From a virus (Duplodnaviria > Caudoviricetes): a DNA stretch of 64,000 nucleotides. The notes under the pieces were generated by a model. It had not been told where the DNA came from, did not search any database, and saw nothing but the letters and a program-made list of their open reading frames with translations. Below, one piece after another: positions 45,194 through 55,917 of this stretch (positions are counted from its first letter, which is position 1; each line of letters starts with the position of its first letter). The stretch lies in the IMG/VR virus record IMGVR_UViG_2558860250_000001, positions 41,266 through 105,265 of that record; one strand, written 5' to 3'. The translations under genes were made by a program, and so were the position numbers.

Positions 45194-47398
45194 ATGATCA
45201 ATTTACATAATCATAGTTATTATTCGCCACTTGACGGTTTTAATAGTCCAGAACAAATTGTGGAAACGGCCAAAGCATTGAACCAATCGCATATTTCGTT
45301 GACGGATCATGGTCAGGTATCAGGGTTATACGACTTTTGGACTGCAGCACGTAAACATGGTATTGTGCCCATTCTTGGTGACGAGGTATATTTCGTGCCC
45401 GACGCTACGATAAAAGGTGATGATGTAGATAAGAAACGTTCATTAGCTGAGGAAGAATATGACGAGGTTGATGAGTCGAACACGAGACGCAAAAAGAAAT
45501 CGCGACCGAATCGGCACCTAATATTGTTGGCGAAGAATTACACGGGTTATCAAAACTTGTTGCGACTACATACCGAATCAAATCGGCCAGAGAATTACTA
45601 TTACACTAATCGTGTCGATTTCAATTTGCTCGAACAGTACAGTGACGGATTGATATGTACAAGTAGCTGTGTCGGTGGCCCCATTAGTCGTGCCATATTG
45701 GATGATAGATGGGAACTGGTTCATGAATACACGCAACGGTTGTTCAATATTTTCGGAGATGATTTTTACCTGGAGATTCAACCGCATATCGTCGATAAGG
45801 ATGGCGTCAACATCCAGCTGGTAGTGAACAATGGTATTGTCAATTTGTCACGCGAGTATGGTATACCAATAATCGCAACGTGTGATAGTCACTATGCGCG
45901 TCCCGAACATCGACAATTTCAAGACGCGGTATTCTGTATCGGACAATCAAAGGGTAATCGACGTGTGACGATATACGACGAGAATCGATTGCGATACGGT
46001 GACAGTCAATTCATCATGAGCGCCGACGAGTGTATATCATATTTCGAGCGACAGGGATTTGATTTGACGATTGCACGTGAAGCGATTGAACGTACGCATG
46101 AGGTGGCCGCAAAGGTTGAATCGTATGACTTGCCAAGTGGATTGCCATTGATGCCGAAATTCGATACAGGTGGTGTCGATACAGAAGAATATATACGCGA
46201 ACAGATTAATGTCGGATACCAACGTAACATCGCACCGTATATTTCACCAGAACAACGTGCGCAATATCTCGCACGCATACGCGATGAGTATGAAGTTATC
46301 CGAACAGGTATGAACAATCAATCGTTCAGTGATTACTTTCTTGTCGTGGCTGATATGATTCGTGCTGCAGAGGAACGTGGCGTACAAACTGGTGCTGGTC
46401 GTGGCAGTGTAGGCGGATCACTCATTGCACGTGCGCTCGGCATGACGAAGATTGATCCGATTGAGCATGGACTATACTTCGAACGGTTTTTGAACAAAGA
46501 CCGCATCGGCCCACCAGATGTTGATTCCGATTTTGCCGAGCAGTTACCAGTAATTCGTTACTTGCAACAGAAGTATGGGTTTGACCATGTTGCACGTGTT
46601 AAGACGTATGTGTATTTGCAGCCTAAATCGGCTGTATTGATGGCACAGAAGGCGTTGGGATTACCATATAACGAGATATCGAACGTCACAAAGTACATGA
46701 GCAATGACGATTTGGATATGCAATACAAGAACAATCCAGAATTTCATAAGCTGTGTGATACGTATCCCGAACTGTTGCCACTAGCCAAGGGATTAGTCGG
46801 TGTAATCGAACACAGCGGGTTGCATGCTTGTGCCGTGGTTGTGTCGCCTGAACCTTTGACGTTGCACACCGGACTCGACTACAACAAAGAGGATAATGTA
46901 TGGGTAGCGGAATACGAGTACAAAACACTTGAACACATTGGTTTGCAGAAGATTGATGTGCTCGGACTCAATACGCTGTCCATCATGCGTGAGACGTTGA
47001 ATCTGATTCGCGAACACGAAGGTATTGAGATTGATTTGCAACGCATACCGACGGATGATATAAAGACGTTTGAGTTGTTTGGGGAGGGCAGAACTTCCGC
47101 TATCTTCCAATTTGAGGAAAGTTGGCAGCAACAATATCTACAACAACTCAAGCCGCACAGTATTGGCGAATTGTCATTTTTGACTGCGCTCGGTCGTCCT
47201 GGTGCCATGCAGTATATTGATGTGGCGATTCGACGCAAAAGAGGTCAGGAACCGATTGAGTATTATCATCCAGACTTTGAGCCGATTTTGCGTGATACGT
47301 ATGGCATTATCGCGTATCAAGAGCAAACGATGCGCATTGCACGAGATATTTGTGGATTTACTATGGGTGAGGCAGATATCCTACGCAAAGCAATTGGT
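45194..47398 (+). CDS. dnaE: DNA polymerase III alpha subunit, exon 1
   Basis: PHP motifs HNHS/TDHG/CDSHY, GRGSVGGS, FERFLN, PDVDSD, KIDVLGL; ends LRKAIG. Confidence 0.95.
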
Positions 47399-48617
47399 TG
47401 ATTCTGGCCGTCCTATAGGGAAACTTATAGGATTATCAGCGGGCAAAATCGGTGAACGCTAAGTTATCTCCAATGAAAATAGGTGGCATCGGAAAGGAGG
47501 TGTAATCATGGGCGGAAAGCCATTCACAGAACAAGAAATTAACTATATCATCGATCTTCATCTACAAGGCTATTCAACTGTCGAAATTGAAAGATTGACA
47601 GGACGCAACAATACATCTATCGGACGTTTGTTAGAACGAAACGGATATAAACGTTGGAACAAAAAACGGCATATTCTCTTGAATGATATACAAACGATCA
47701 TCGAAATGTATGCAGGAGGTCAATCGACAAAACAAATCGGATCGCAATTTAATATTACCGGAAATACAGTCGCATCGATTCTTCGCGAAAATGGGATTGC
47801 CGTTAGACCGAGAGGTCAAGCGTGTCAAATCGAAAACGAACATTTCTTTGATACTATTTGTTCTGAAGCACAGGCATATTTCTTGGGGTTGATAATAACA
47901 GATGGTAGCATTGTTGCGGACAGTAAAGGGCGAAAAACATTATCAATTATGTTAAAGGAGGAAGATGGGTACATACTTAATGAATTTGCTCGCCATCTTG
48001 GATTGCCGAAAGATCGTGTTAAAATTAGTAACCGTAATGAGGCGTATGTGCGTACCAGTTCTGCACATTTAATTGATTCGCTAGCGCAATATGGCGTAAT
48101 TCCACGCAAGACATTCTCAACATATCTGCCAATGCTCTATGACACATGGATGCCTCATTTGATTCGTGGTATATTCGATGGCGACGGAAGTGTATTTACA
48201 ACGGGCGGGCGTATAAAGGTCGCTCAGTATGGAACACACAGATTGTGCGATGAAATACAACAATACTTAAATATACATGCTAGTACATCTGTACGGAATG
48301 TGTTTGATAAGCCGACTGTGAGTTTTATCCAGTATACCACACGTTCCGATATAGCAAATTTCTACAAATACATTTATTCCGATGCCACCATATTCCTAAC
48401 ACGTAAGAAAGAAAAATTTGGGGATGATATGCCAACACCGAGGTAACTGGATTATCGTCCAGTACCGTAACGCATAGGCGGTGAGCGTTAATGAGAGCAA
48501 TAATCCGCCCACGAGTGTCCGCCACCGTAACGTTACAGTCGACGGTGAAAATGTATGCTGAGCTTACGGGAAACCGTAAGAAGTAGAGGATAAAAAGCCT
48601 TTACGATAACATAACTG
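47399..48617 (+). ncRNA. Group I intron in dnaE
   Basis: 5' exon ends in U and the intron ends in G; splicing restores RKAIG|KKQ in frame. P3 GCGGGCA/TGTCCGC, P4 TCGGTG/CACCGA, P7 GCATA/TATGC, P9 CTTACGG-GAAA-CCGTAAG. Confidence 0.9.
47508..48446 (+). CDS. Intron-encoded LAGLIDADG homing endonuclease
   Basis: AYFLGLIITDG and HLIRGIFDGDG motifs; N-terminal HTH repeats. Confidence 0.9.
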   Translation: MGGKPFTEQEINYIIDLHLQGYSTVEIERLTGRNNTSIGRLLERNGYKRWNKKRHILLNDIQTIIEMYAGGQSTKQIGSQFNITGNTVASILRENGIAVRPRGQACQIENEHFFDTICSEAQAYFLGLIITDGSIVADSKGRKTLSIMLKEEDGYILNEFARHLGLPKDRVKISNRNEAYVRTSSAHLIDSLAQYGVIPRKTFSTYLPMLYDTWMPHLIRGIFDGDGSVFTTGGRIKVAQYGTHRLCDEIQQYLNIHASTSVRNVFDKPTVSFIQYTTRSDIANFYKYIYSDATIFLTRKKEKFGDDMPTPR

Positions 48618-49556
48618 AAGAAACAAGCCGACCTATTAGCCAAGCAACGTGACAAATTTATTGAAGGTGGTATTCGTAATGGATATGACCGCGCTATGTT
48701 GGAACGTGTGTGGGATGACATAAGCAAATCAGCGGACTATTCGTTTAACGCATCGCACTCTGTTGCTTATGCGACACTTGCTTATTGGTGTGGATACCTG
48801 AAAGCACATTATCCCGTTTACTACATGACGGCGGTATTTAACAACACGGACAAGCCGGATAAATTGGTGAAGTATATGGACGATGCGCGTGCTATGGGTA
48901 TTCGTATTCTACCCCCTCACATCAACAAGTCGGGTAAGAAATTTACCGTTGATAAAGACGGCATACGTTTCGGTCTGTCGTCGATTAAGTTTGTGGGCGA
49001 TAAGGCTGTTGACGAGATATTGGAATTGCGACCGTTCACATCATACCTGAACTTCGAGGAACGTGTATCGAGTAAGGTGAACAGTCGTATGCGTGAGTCG
49101 TTGCGTGCCAGTGGTGCGTTTAGCGAGCTGGATGGTACAAAGGTCGATCCAAATGCACAGCAGCAAGTAACAGGAATGTACATAAGTGAATCACCTTTTA
49201 CATTGTATAGGGACATTGTTAACCGTTTCAGTATGGATTGGGAAGCAGTACGCAATGCTCAGCCGAACGCAACGATTAAATTTTGTGCAACTATTGGCGC
49301 GGTGAAGAAGTCTAAGGTAAAGAAGAAAACATCAAAACAATATGGCCGTGCAATGGCCTTTATGAGTGTACGGATGGAAAACGCCGATGAACCGATAAGG
49401 TGTACTTTATTCCCTAACACATATGATAAAGTGAAGGACGTAGTAAAAGAGGGAGTGGCGGTGTATATTGTTGCTACTGTACAGAAACCGTTGGATGTAT
49501 TAGTGCAGAATGTAATGCCATTAGAACAAATGAAAGACATGTTGACTATGATATAA
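48618..49556 (+). CDS. dnaE: DNA polymerase III alpha subunit, exon 2
   Basis: KKQADLL...YSFNASHSVAY..YLKAHYP, PPHINKS, IRFGLSSIKFVG, C-terminal OB fold. Confidence 0.93.
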   Translation, partial: KKQADLLAKQRDKFIEGGIRNGYDRAMLERVWDDISKSADYSFNASHSVAYATLAYWCGYLKAHYPVYYMTAVFNNTDKPDKLVKYMDDARAMGIRILPPHINKSGKKFTVDKDGIRFGLSSIKFVGDKAVDEILELRPFTSYLNFEERVSSKVNSRMRESLRASGAFSELDGTKVDPNAQQQVTGMYISESPFTLYRDIVNRFSMDWEAVRNAQPNATIKFCATIGAVKKSKVKKKTSKQYGRAMAFMSVRMENADEPIRCTLFPNTYDKVKDVVKEGVAVYIVATVQKPLDVLVQNVMPLEQMKDMLTMI

Positions 49557-49599
49557 AACGATAGTATAATTGATATAAAGATAACGAGGAGGTTTTCGC

Positions 49600-50103
49600 A
49601 TGGAAGTGAAGGTTAAACGTCTGCATCCGGACGCGGTAATACCACAATATGCACACGAATCTGGTGATAGTGGATTCGATTTATATGCGCTAGAAGATGT
49701 AATTATTGAGCCTGGACAAACGGTGAAGGTGCGAACCGGATTGGTGTTTGAAATTCCAGAGGGGTATGAACTTCAGATCCGTCCTCGTTCCGGCGTTAGC
49801 GCGAAGACGAAGTTGCGCGTGAGTAATACACCAGGCACTGTAGATGCGAGTTTCCGCGGAGAAGTTATGGTCTTAGTGGACAACATTAAACCATGTGTTC
49901 AATCTGGACTACAATACAATATTAAAGAAGAAGTGGTTAATTGGGATGACAATTACGCACCTGATTCGTACATCATCCGCAAGGGTGATCGCATTGCCCA
50001 AGCCGTAATTGTACCGGTCATCCGCGCCGAACTGGTTGAAGTGGATGAATTGGGAACGACTGAACGTGGCGAAGGTGGGTTTGGAAGCAGTGGCACACGG
50101 TAA
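49600..50103 (+). CDS. dut: dUTPase (trimeric)
   Basis: SGFDL, RPRSG, GTVDASFRGE, RIAQ, RGEGGFGSSG. Confidence 0.95.
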   Translation: MEVKVKRLHPDAVIPQYAHESGDSGFDLYALEDVIIEPGQTVKVRTGLVFEIPEGYELQIRPRSGVSAKTKLRVSNTPGTVDASFRGEVMVLVDNIKPCVQSGLQYNIKEEVVNWDDNYAPDSYIIRKGDRIAQAVIVPVIRAELVEVDELGTTERGEGGFGSSGTR

Positions 50104-50305
50104 GCGTATATATGGAGTTGTAATCAATGGTGTGCCGATGGTACGCATCGATGAGTTTAAATTTATCACATTGTATGATTATATCATGTCCGCTGATATA
50201 AAGTTGTCGCAAATCGCATCGTAGTTGAATATATTCCTGTATGTATGATATAATGGATGATGTGGCTTTGATTTACGGACATTATTGATACAGGAGATGA
50301 TATAA

Positions 50306-50983
50306 ATGCGTGGAGTTACACCTGATTGGACCGAAGAAGAAATTAGAGATTTAGCCATGACCGCAATCAACGTATTGGCTAACGGTGGTAATATATCAGA
50401 TGGGTTACGCGAGTTTGTGGCACACTCGGAATATCGAAACTTGGGCAGCGCGAGATTGAAATGGCAGACGCATATTAAAAATCAATATGCAGATGCAATT
50501 GAACATGCTCAACGGGCTGGTAGGGGTAAAAAGTACATCCCATCTGATGAAGCGCGGGAACAATTCCCCGAGGTGTATGGCGAGAAAGAAAGTGTAGCAT
50601 CAAAACAAAGTACATTGCTATTAGATGACGATGACATCGAGAAACCGATTAAGGATAATGTTGTAAAGAAAAGCGATGTTATCAAGCACATCAAGAGTTA
50701 TTTAGAGAGTGTCACTATCCAAGACGACGAGGATTACGAAGAAATCATTGCACAGTTGCGGCATGAAAATGCTATGGCGGCGAAACGTATCGCACAACTG
50801 AAAAAGGAAAACGAACAAGTCCATTTGTGGAAGAGGAAGTACGAAGAAGTCAAAGAAGAGTACGATGTGTTGTTGCAAGCGATGAATGTTGCACGACGCC
50901 ACGCTGCAAATATAGATGATGTGCCGACGAATGTACGTGTAGTGACGAACAATCGCGGTGAAGTGGAACGGGTGGAGCGTTAA
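50306..50983 (+). CDS. RsfA-family (prespore) transcriptional regulator homolog
   Basis: WTEEE..LA...I...GG...RN..SA..KW...IK.QY..AI..A N-terminus, coiled coil, C-terminal MNVARR...NNRGEVERV. Confidence 0.7.
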   Translation: MRGVTPDWTEEEIRDLAMTAINVLANGGNISDGLREFVAHSEYRNLGSARLKWQTHIKNQYADAIEHAQRAGRGKKYIPSDEAREQFPEVYGEKESVASKQSTLLLDDDDIEKPIKDNVVKKSDVIKHIKSYLESVTIQDDEDYEEIIAQLRHENAMAAKRIAQLKKENEQVHLWKRKYEEVKEEYDVLLQAMNVARRHAANIDDVPTNVRVVTNNRGEVERVER

Positions 50984-51484
50984 TCGTACCACTCGTACCC
51001 ACACCGAACCAGATCTAATTTCATGCGAGGCGCCTCTGCCTCTGCTTTACATATTTAGTGCCTCCACTTCACTTTTGAATTGTGTTAGATATTTTTACGC
51101 CGTACTTATCCGTTCCGGACATTCCTTACAGCGAGTGATTTGTTGAATAATTCAATGAATTAACACTTTGACGCCGTAAAATAATGATTGCGATTACAGA
51201 TCAAGGAGAGTAGAATGGTGGTAAATCACATACGAACACATGTTCCCGTGAAAGGAGAACGAGCAGATGTCAGATATGAAACAGTACCCAGAGGGCCATG
51301 TATTCAAACGTTGGACCGAACAGGTGTTGGATTATCGCACAGGAAAAATGACGACGGCTCACTGCGAGCAAGTATGGAGATTTGGAAAGGTTGTGACGAT
51401 AAAAGAAATATTCGGCGATAAAACGCTTGATGAGTGTTTAAAACATATCTTGTAGGTGGTATACTTAGCGCAGGAGGTATATCG

Positions 51485-52591
51485 ATGCCTGTTTGCGCTA
51501 TATTTGGAAAAGATGATTATGAATTGCAGTATGCGGGGTTGTTCGCAGAACATATTCTGGATAATTCGATACCCATAGATAAGTACCGAGAATATAACAG
51601 AGATGTTGCGGTCAGGTATAATTTAGTTGTTGCTAAGTGTATGAGTCGTTACGTTGTAAATATGCGCGACGAAGTTACTTACCTAGAGTCACATAATGTA
51701 CGCGTTATTAGTATCGATGATAGCTACGACACACGGCAATCCAACGCGCCGACACAAGACGTTTATCGTTCCTATTTGGCGCAATTTAACGCAGCTAAAT
51801 CATCAACCGTTATCCGTTCGGGGCTTTTACAGACAATAAAGCAGGGGAAGAGACCAGGGCGGACACCATTCGGATATAAGTTAAATGATGCTGGGCAACT
51901 TGAAATTGATCCAACCGGCGCCGAAATAGTTAGAGAGATATACCGACTATATATCGAGAATGATGGGGGTATGAAGGCTGTTGCAGATATCCTTAATGAA
52001 CATGGATACAAAACAAAAACGAATCGTCGATGGTCTCCTTCTACTATACGTGAAATATTGACCAATCCTGTATTTATCGGCGTGTTGACATTAGGGGAAA
52101 ATTTGCGAATCGAACACGCTCACGAACCGATAGTCGATTATGACACGTGGGAAAAGGTGCAGAAGTTAATTTACGCTAAGCGAAGAAACACAACGAAAAG
52201 AGTTAGCCGTAAATTACTTGACGATATTTTATGGTGCGGAGTATGCGGTAACGAAATGGCATCCGAAGAAGACAAATACGTATGTACCAATATTAAGTGT
52301 CCCAATATAGGCATCGACCGGCCTGAATTGGAATGGCTAGTCGTCGAAAGGGTGAAGGGGTATCTCGCTCGTAAGTACAATAAGTTGTCATTGCAAAGTT
52401 ATATGCGTAAAGTGACCGACGAAGAAACGGTAAAGTATATTACTAAAGTCACCGAGAAATTGTATGTTATCGAGCGTTACAGCGCGATCAATCGGTACCG
52501 AAAAGAATTGCATGCTGTTGTCGAGAGAATTGAGTTCACGCCATACGGGAATACATGGGAAATGCAAATATGCTATAAATTCGGTATTTGA
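51485..52591 (+). CDS. Large serine recombinase-like protein lacking the catalytic YxRxS motif
   Basis: PFGY, AEIVREIYRLY, WSPSTIREILTNPVFIG, HEPIVD..TWEKVQ, CGVCG zinc ribbon; degenerate N-terminus. Confidence 0.75.
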   Translation: MPVCAIFGKDDYELQYAGLFAEHILDNSIPIDKYREYNRDVAVRYNLVVAKCMSRYVVNMRDEVTYLESHNVRVISIDDSYDTRQSNAPTQDVYRSYLAQFNAAKSSTVIRSGLLQTIKQGKRPGRTPFGYKLNDAGQLEIDPTGAEIVREIYRLYIENDGGMKAVADILNEHGYKTKTNRRWSPSTIREILTNPVFIGVLTLGENLRIEHAHEPIVDYDTWEKVQKLIYAKRRNTTKRVSRKLLDDILWCGVCGNEMASEEDKYVCTNIKCPNIGIDRPELEWLVVERVKGYLARKYNKLSLQSYMRKVTDEETVKYITKVTEKLYVIERYSAINRYRKELHAVVERIEFTPYGNTWEMQICYKFGI

Positions 52592-52616
52592 CAGATATGC
52601 ACGTATAGGTTATAAT
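52588..52616 (+). promoter_or_regulatory. Consensus sigmaA promoter for the replication operon
   Basis: TTGACA-17bp-TATAAT. Confidence 0.85.
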
Positions 52617-52910
52617 ATTACCATGAAGGGAATATATTCATGCATTTCCTTTATGGTAAGTTGTTCAGTAAACACTGGTTGTTGAACAAAAAGTGAGGGT
52701 GGTCGTATGGAAGGACAAAAGATACCGTATCCGATAATCCGCAAGATGTTAAAGGTCTGTTTCGAGGAGACAAGAACATTTGAGGCGGAGGATGATTCTG
52801 GTTTAACTGTTGAGGAGGTGAAGTCCTGGCTTAACGATCACGTAGACGACACGTTTGATTGGTTGGTGTAACAACGATATAGTACATATGAAAAAGGGGA
52901 ACGATATAAT

Positions 52911-53747
52911 ATGGCATTTAGAAACGACTACAAGTATTTCAATAAGTGGTTTGTTGTTGGTACCGTCACAAATATTGACAACCAGACGCGCAACGCGGAC
53001 GGTTCAAGCTACGGTGGGCAATTAACAATCAACACGGGTTCTCCAAGTGGACTAGCCCGTGTTCGTATTCCTAACAATCGTAACGTGCCAATGGCATACG
53101 ACGCTTTGGTTAATATGTTTGACATTGGTTCGCGTGTAAAGGTTGGATTCACGGGACAATGGTTGCGTTTGGATGAACGAGAATCGAACGGGCGAACATA
53201 TCGCAATTTCACGCAATTTCATTTACCTGAGTTGGCCGAGCAGAATGACCATAATCGTATAGCTGGCAAGGTCACCGGAGAACTTATCTCAAAAGACATC
53301 ATCGATGACTATCTGCGTATCACGGTCGAACAATACGAAACGGATAAAGATGGGAATGAAATACTGCGAAACGGACGATCTGAACCTCACTACTTTACGT
53401 TCGTTGTACGCGAACATAAAGAGGCTGTATATGATATCCCACTTGGTACGAATATTGAAGTATCAGCGCGCTTCTATAATGATGTAGTACGTGATGATTT
53501 TGGCGATATTGTAAATAGTTTTAATGAGGTGCGTCTTGAGAAGTTTGTTGTACATAGTCAGCCGCAGGTGCAGCAACAACAACAAACGGTGCAATTGCCG
53601 CCGCAGTACACACAACCAGTACCAGCGCAATCACAACCCGCATTCGTACCACATCAACAGTCGAGTAATCCGTTTGCGTTTCCGCCACAACAACAGGCAA
53701 GCGTACCGTTTCCAGGCGTAGGCAACGATCCGTTTGCCGATCAATAA
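52911..53747 (+). CDS. Putative single-stranded DNA-binding protein
   Basis: Beta-rich OB-like domains, Q/P-rich linker, C-terminal DPF, next to a Sak4-like gene. Confidence 0.6.
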   Translation: MAFRNDYKYFNKWFVVGTVTNIDNQTRNADGSSYGGQLTINTGSPSGLARVRIPNNRNVPMAYDALVNMFDIGSRVKVGFTGQWLRLDERESNGRTYRNFTQFHLPELAEQNDHNRIAGKVTGELISKDIIDDYLRITVEQYETDKDGNEILRNGRSEPHYFTFVVREHKEAVYDIPLGTNIEVSARFYNDVVRDDFGDIVNSFNEVRLEKFVVHSQPQVQQQQQTVQLPPQYTQPVPAQSQPAFVPHQQSSNPFAFPPQQQASVPFPGVGNDPFADQ

Positions 53748-53806
53748 CTTTATATGATATAATGATGATATAGATGATATAAAGTTTGAAATGGAGGAAA
53801 TACATA

Positions 53807-54679
53807 ATGGCAGGTTTTAAGAAGGCGACGAAACAACAATCTCGTTTGCGTATGGGGCTTATTGCACCAGCAGGAGCAGGCAAGACGTATACCGCGTTAT
53901 CTATCGGGACTAATCTTGGTAATCGCGTGGCTGTAATTGATACAGAACGAGGTAGTGCATCAAAGTATGCAGGTAAATTTGATTTTGATGTGCTCGAATT
54001 AGACACCTATAGTCCACAAAACTATATCGACGCGATTCATTTGGCTGAAGCCAATGGATATGAGGTATTAATCATCGACTCTTTGTCTCACGCATGGATG
54101 GGCAAGGGTGGCGCTTTGGAAATGGTGGACAAGGCAGCGACGCGTTCACAGAGTCGTAATACCTATTTTGCATGGAGGGATGTAACACCACTGCATAACG
54201 CACTGATTGACGCTATTCTTCAAAGTCCCATGCATATCATTGCGACGATGCGCGCTAAGACCGAATATGTTATTGAAAATATCAACGGTAAACAAGTACC
54301 TAAGAAAATTGGACTAGCACCAATTCAACGTGACGGTATGGAATTTGAGTTTGATATTGTCGCTGATATTGACACTGATCACAATATGATTGTGACAAAA
54401 ACGCGTTGTGATGAATTGGCTGACGCTGTAATCAATAAGCCTGGCAAAGATGTGGTCGATACCATTAGAAATTGGTTGTCGGATGGCGTGGAAAATGAGT
54501 TGTCTTATGATGAATTGCTGCAACGGGCATTAAACAATGTATATGCAAAAGGTTGGGCACAAGATGTGATTCTGACTAAATTCCAAGAGACAACGGGATA
54601 TGCAGACCCGAACCAATTAAAAACCGACCCAGATGCGATCAATAAAGTGAAATTGTTCTTGGCTGCATCTCAACAATAA
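53807..54679 (+). CDS. Sak4/AAA_24-like ATPase (ssDNA annealing)
   Basis: PAGAGKT, IDTERGS, IIDSLSHAW, EFEFD. Confidence 0.85.
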   Translation: MAGFKKATKQQSRLRMGLIAPAGAGKTYTALSIGTNLGNRVAVIDTERGSASKYAGKFDFDVLELDTYSPQNYIDAIHLAEANGYEVLIIDSLSHAWMGKGGALEMVDKAATRSQSRNTYFAWRDVTPLHNALIDAILQSPMHIIATMRAKTEYVIENINGKQVPKKIGLAPIQRDGMEFEFDIVADIDTDHNMIVTKTRCDELADAVINKPGKDVVDTIRNWLSDGVENELSYDELLQRALNNVYAKGWAQDVILTKFQETTGYADPNQLKTDPDAINKVKLFLAASQQ

Positions 54680-54744
54680 GATTTTACATCAACGTATCGC
54701 GTCGGGATGGGGTTAATCCTGTCCCGACAGAAAGGAGATTGTGC

Positions 54745-55917
54745 ATGGCACGATCGATACGGATAACACACGACAGATTTGTTGAGATGGTTAGAGAAAA
54801 ACACAATGAGAAAATTGAAGTGCTTGGCGAGTACATCACCTCGAATCATCGTATCCAACTAAGGTGTAAAGTGTGCGAACACGTTTGGAGTCCGATAGCG
54901 AATGAAGTTGTTCGCAAAGACCGACCGTCCGGTTGTCCGAAATGCGCTAGACGTTCCCGTAGACTTTCATTTGATGAATTCGTGAGTCGTGTCCGTAAAA
55001 TACACGGCGATAAAATTGCTATCATCGGGAACTACACATGTCTAAGCGAGCGGGTAGATGTGAAATGCACGAAACCAGAATGTGGTTGGGAATGGAGTCC
55101 GTTTGCACGAGCAATTGTGCATGAACCGATAACTGGGTGCCCTAAATGTGTGGGGAAAATTCCTTGCACGCATGATGAATATGTCGCGAAAGTAAAGAAA
55201 ATCCACGGTGATAAGATATCGATTGTTGGAAGGTACAAAGGAAATAGCAAACGCATTGCATTGCGTTGTAACGTAGATGGTTGTAATAATCAATGGGAAA
55301 CAGTTGCGTGGAACCTTATAAAGACCAATCCGACAGGTTGTCGTGTGTGTGCGGATAGAAAAGCGGCACTAGAGCGCACATTAACGCAAGATGAATTCGA
55401 ATCAAATTTGTACTCGGCGCATGGCGGGAAAGTTATTGCACTTGAACCTTATAAAACTGCAAACACTCGGATTTTATTCAAAGATATTGAATGTGGGCAT
55501 GAGTGGATGTGCACACCTAATAATATAACTAAAACGGGATGTCCGATATGTAATATTTCGAGAGGGGAAAGATTGATTAAACGCCTGTTGGATGAACGTG
55601 GTGTTGATTATAAACAGCAATTTAAATTTGATGATTGCAAAAATGTACGCGCGTTACCGTTCGATTTTGCTATATTCAACGATGGCGAGTTATATACATT
55701 GATTGAATGGCAAGGACGGCAACATTTTGAACCAGTCGAGACGTTCGGTGGTGATGAATCTTTCGAACAAACTCGTTTACGCGACTATATTAAATGGGAT
55801 TATTGCGTATCGAATAACATTCGGATTGCGTATATCCCATATTACACACGAGAAGATGACCTGCCTGAAATTCTAGATGGTATATTGCCACCGAAGGAGG
55901 TGATTGTATCGGTTTGA
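54745..55917 (+). CDS. Zinc-ribbon-repeat PD-(D/E)xK homing endonuclease
   Basis: Four C..C.W...GCP.C repeats plus SRGE..I, LPFDF, IEWQGRQHF, D.IK. Confidence 0.8.
   Translation: MARSIRITHDRFVEMVREKHNEKIEVLGEYITSNHRIQLRCKVCEHVWSPIANEVVRKDRPSGCPKCARRSRRLSFDEFVSRVRKIHGDKIAIIGNYTCLSERVDVKCTKPECGWEWSPFARAIVHEPITGCPKCVGKIPCTHDEYVAKVKKIHGDKISIVGRYKGNSKRIALRCNVDGCNNQWETVAWNLIKTNPTGCRVCADRKAALERTLTQDEFESNLYSAHGGKVIALEPYKTANTRILFKDIECGHEWMCTPNNITKTGCPICNISRGERLIKRLLDERGVDYKQQFKFDDCKNVRALPFDFAIFNDGELYTLIEWQGRQHFEPVETFGGDESFEQTRLRDYIKWDYCVSNNIRIAYIPYYTREDDLPEILDGILPPKEVIVSV

Noticed and set aside
45194-49556. dnaE pseudogene or split intein
   Set aside because: Group I intron boundaries restore the reading frame exactly, and there are no intein motifs.
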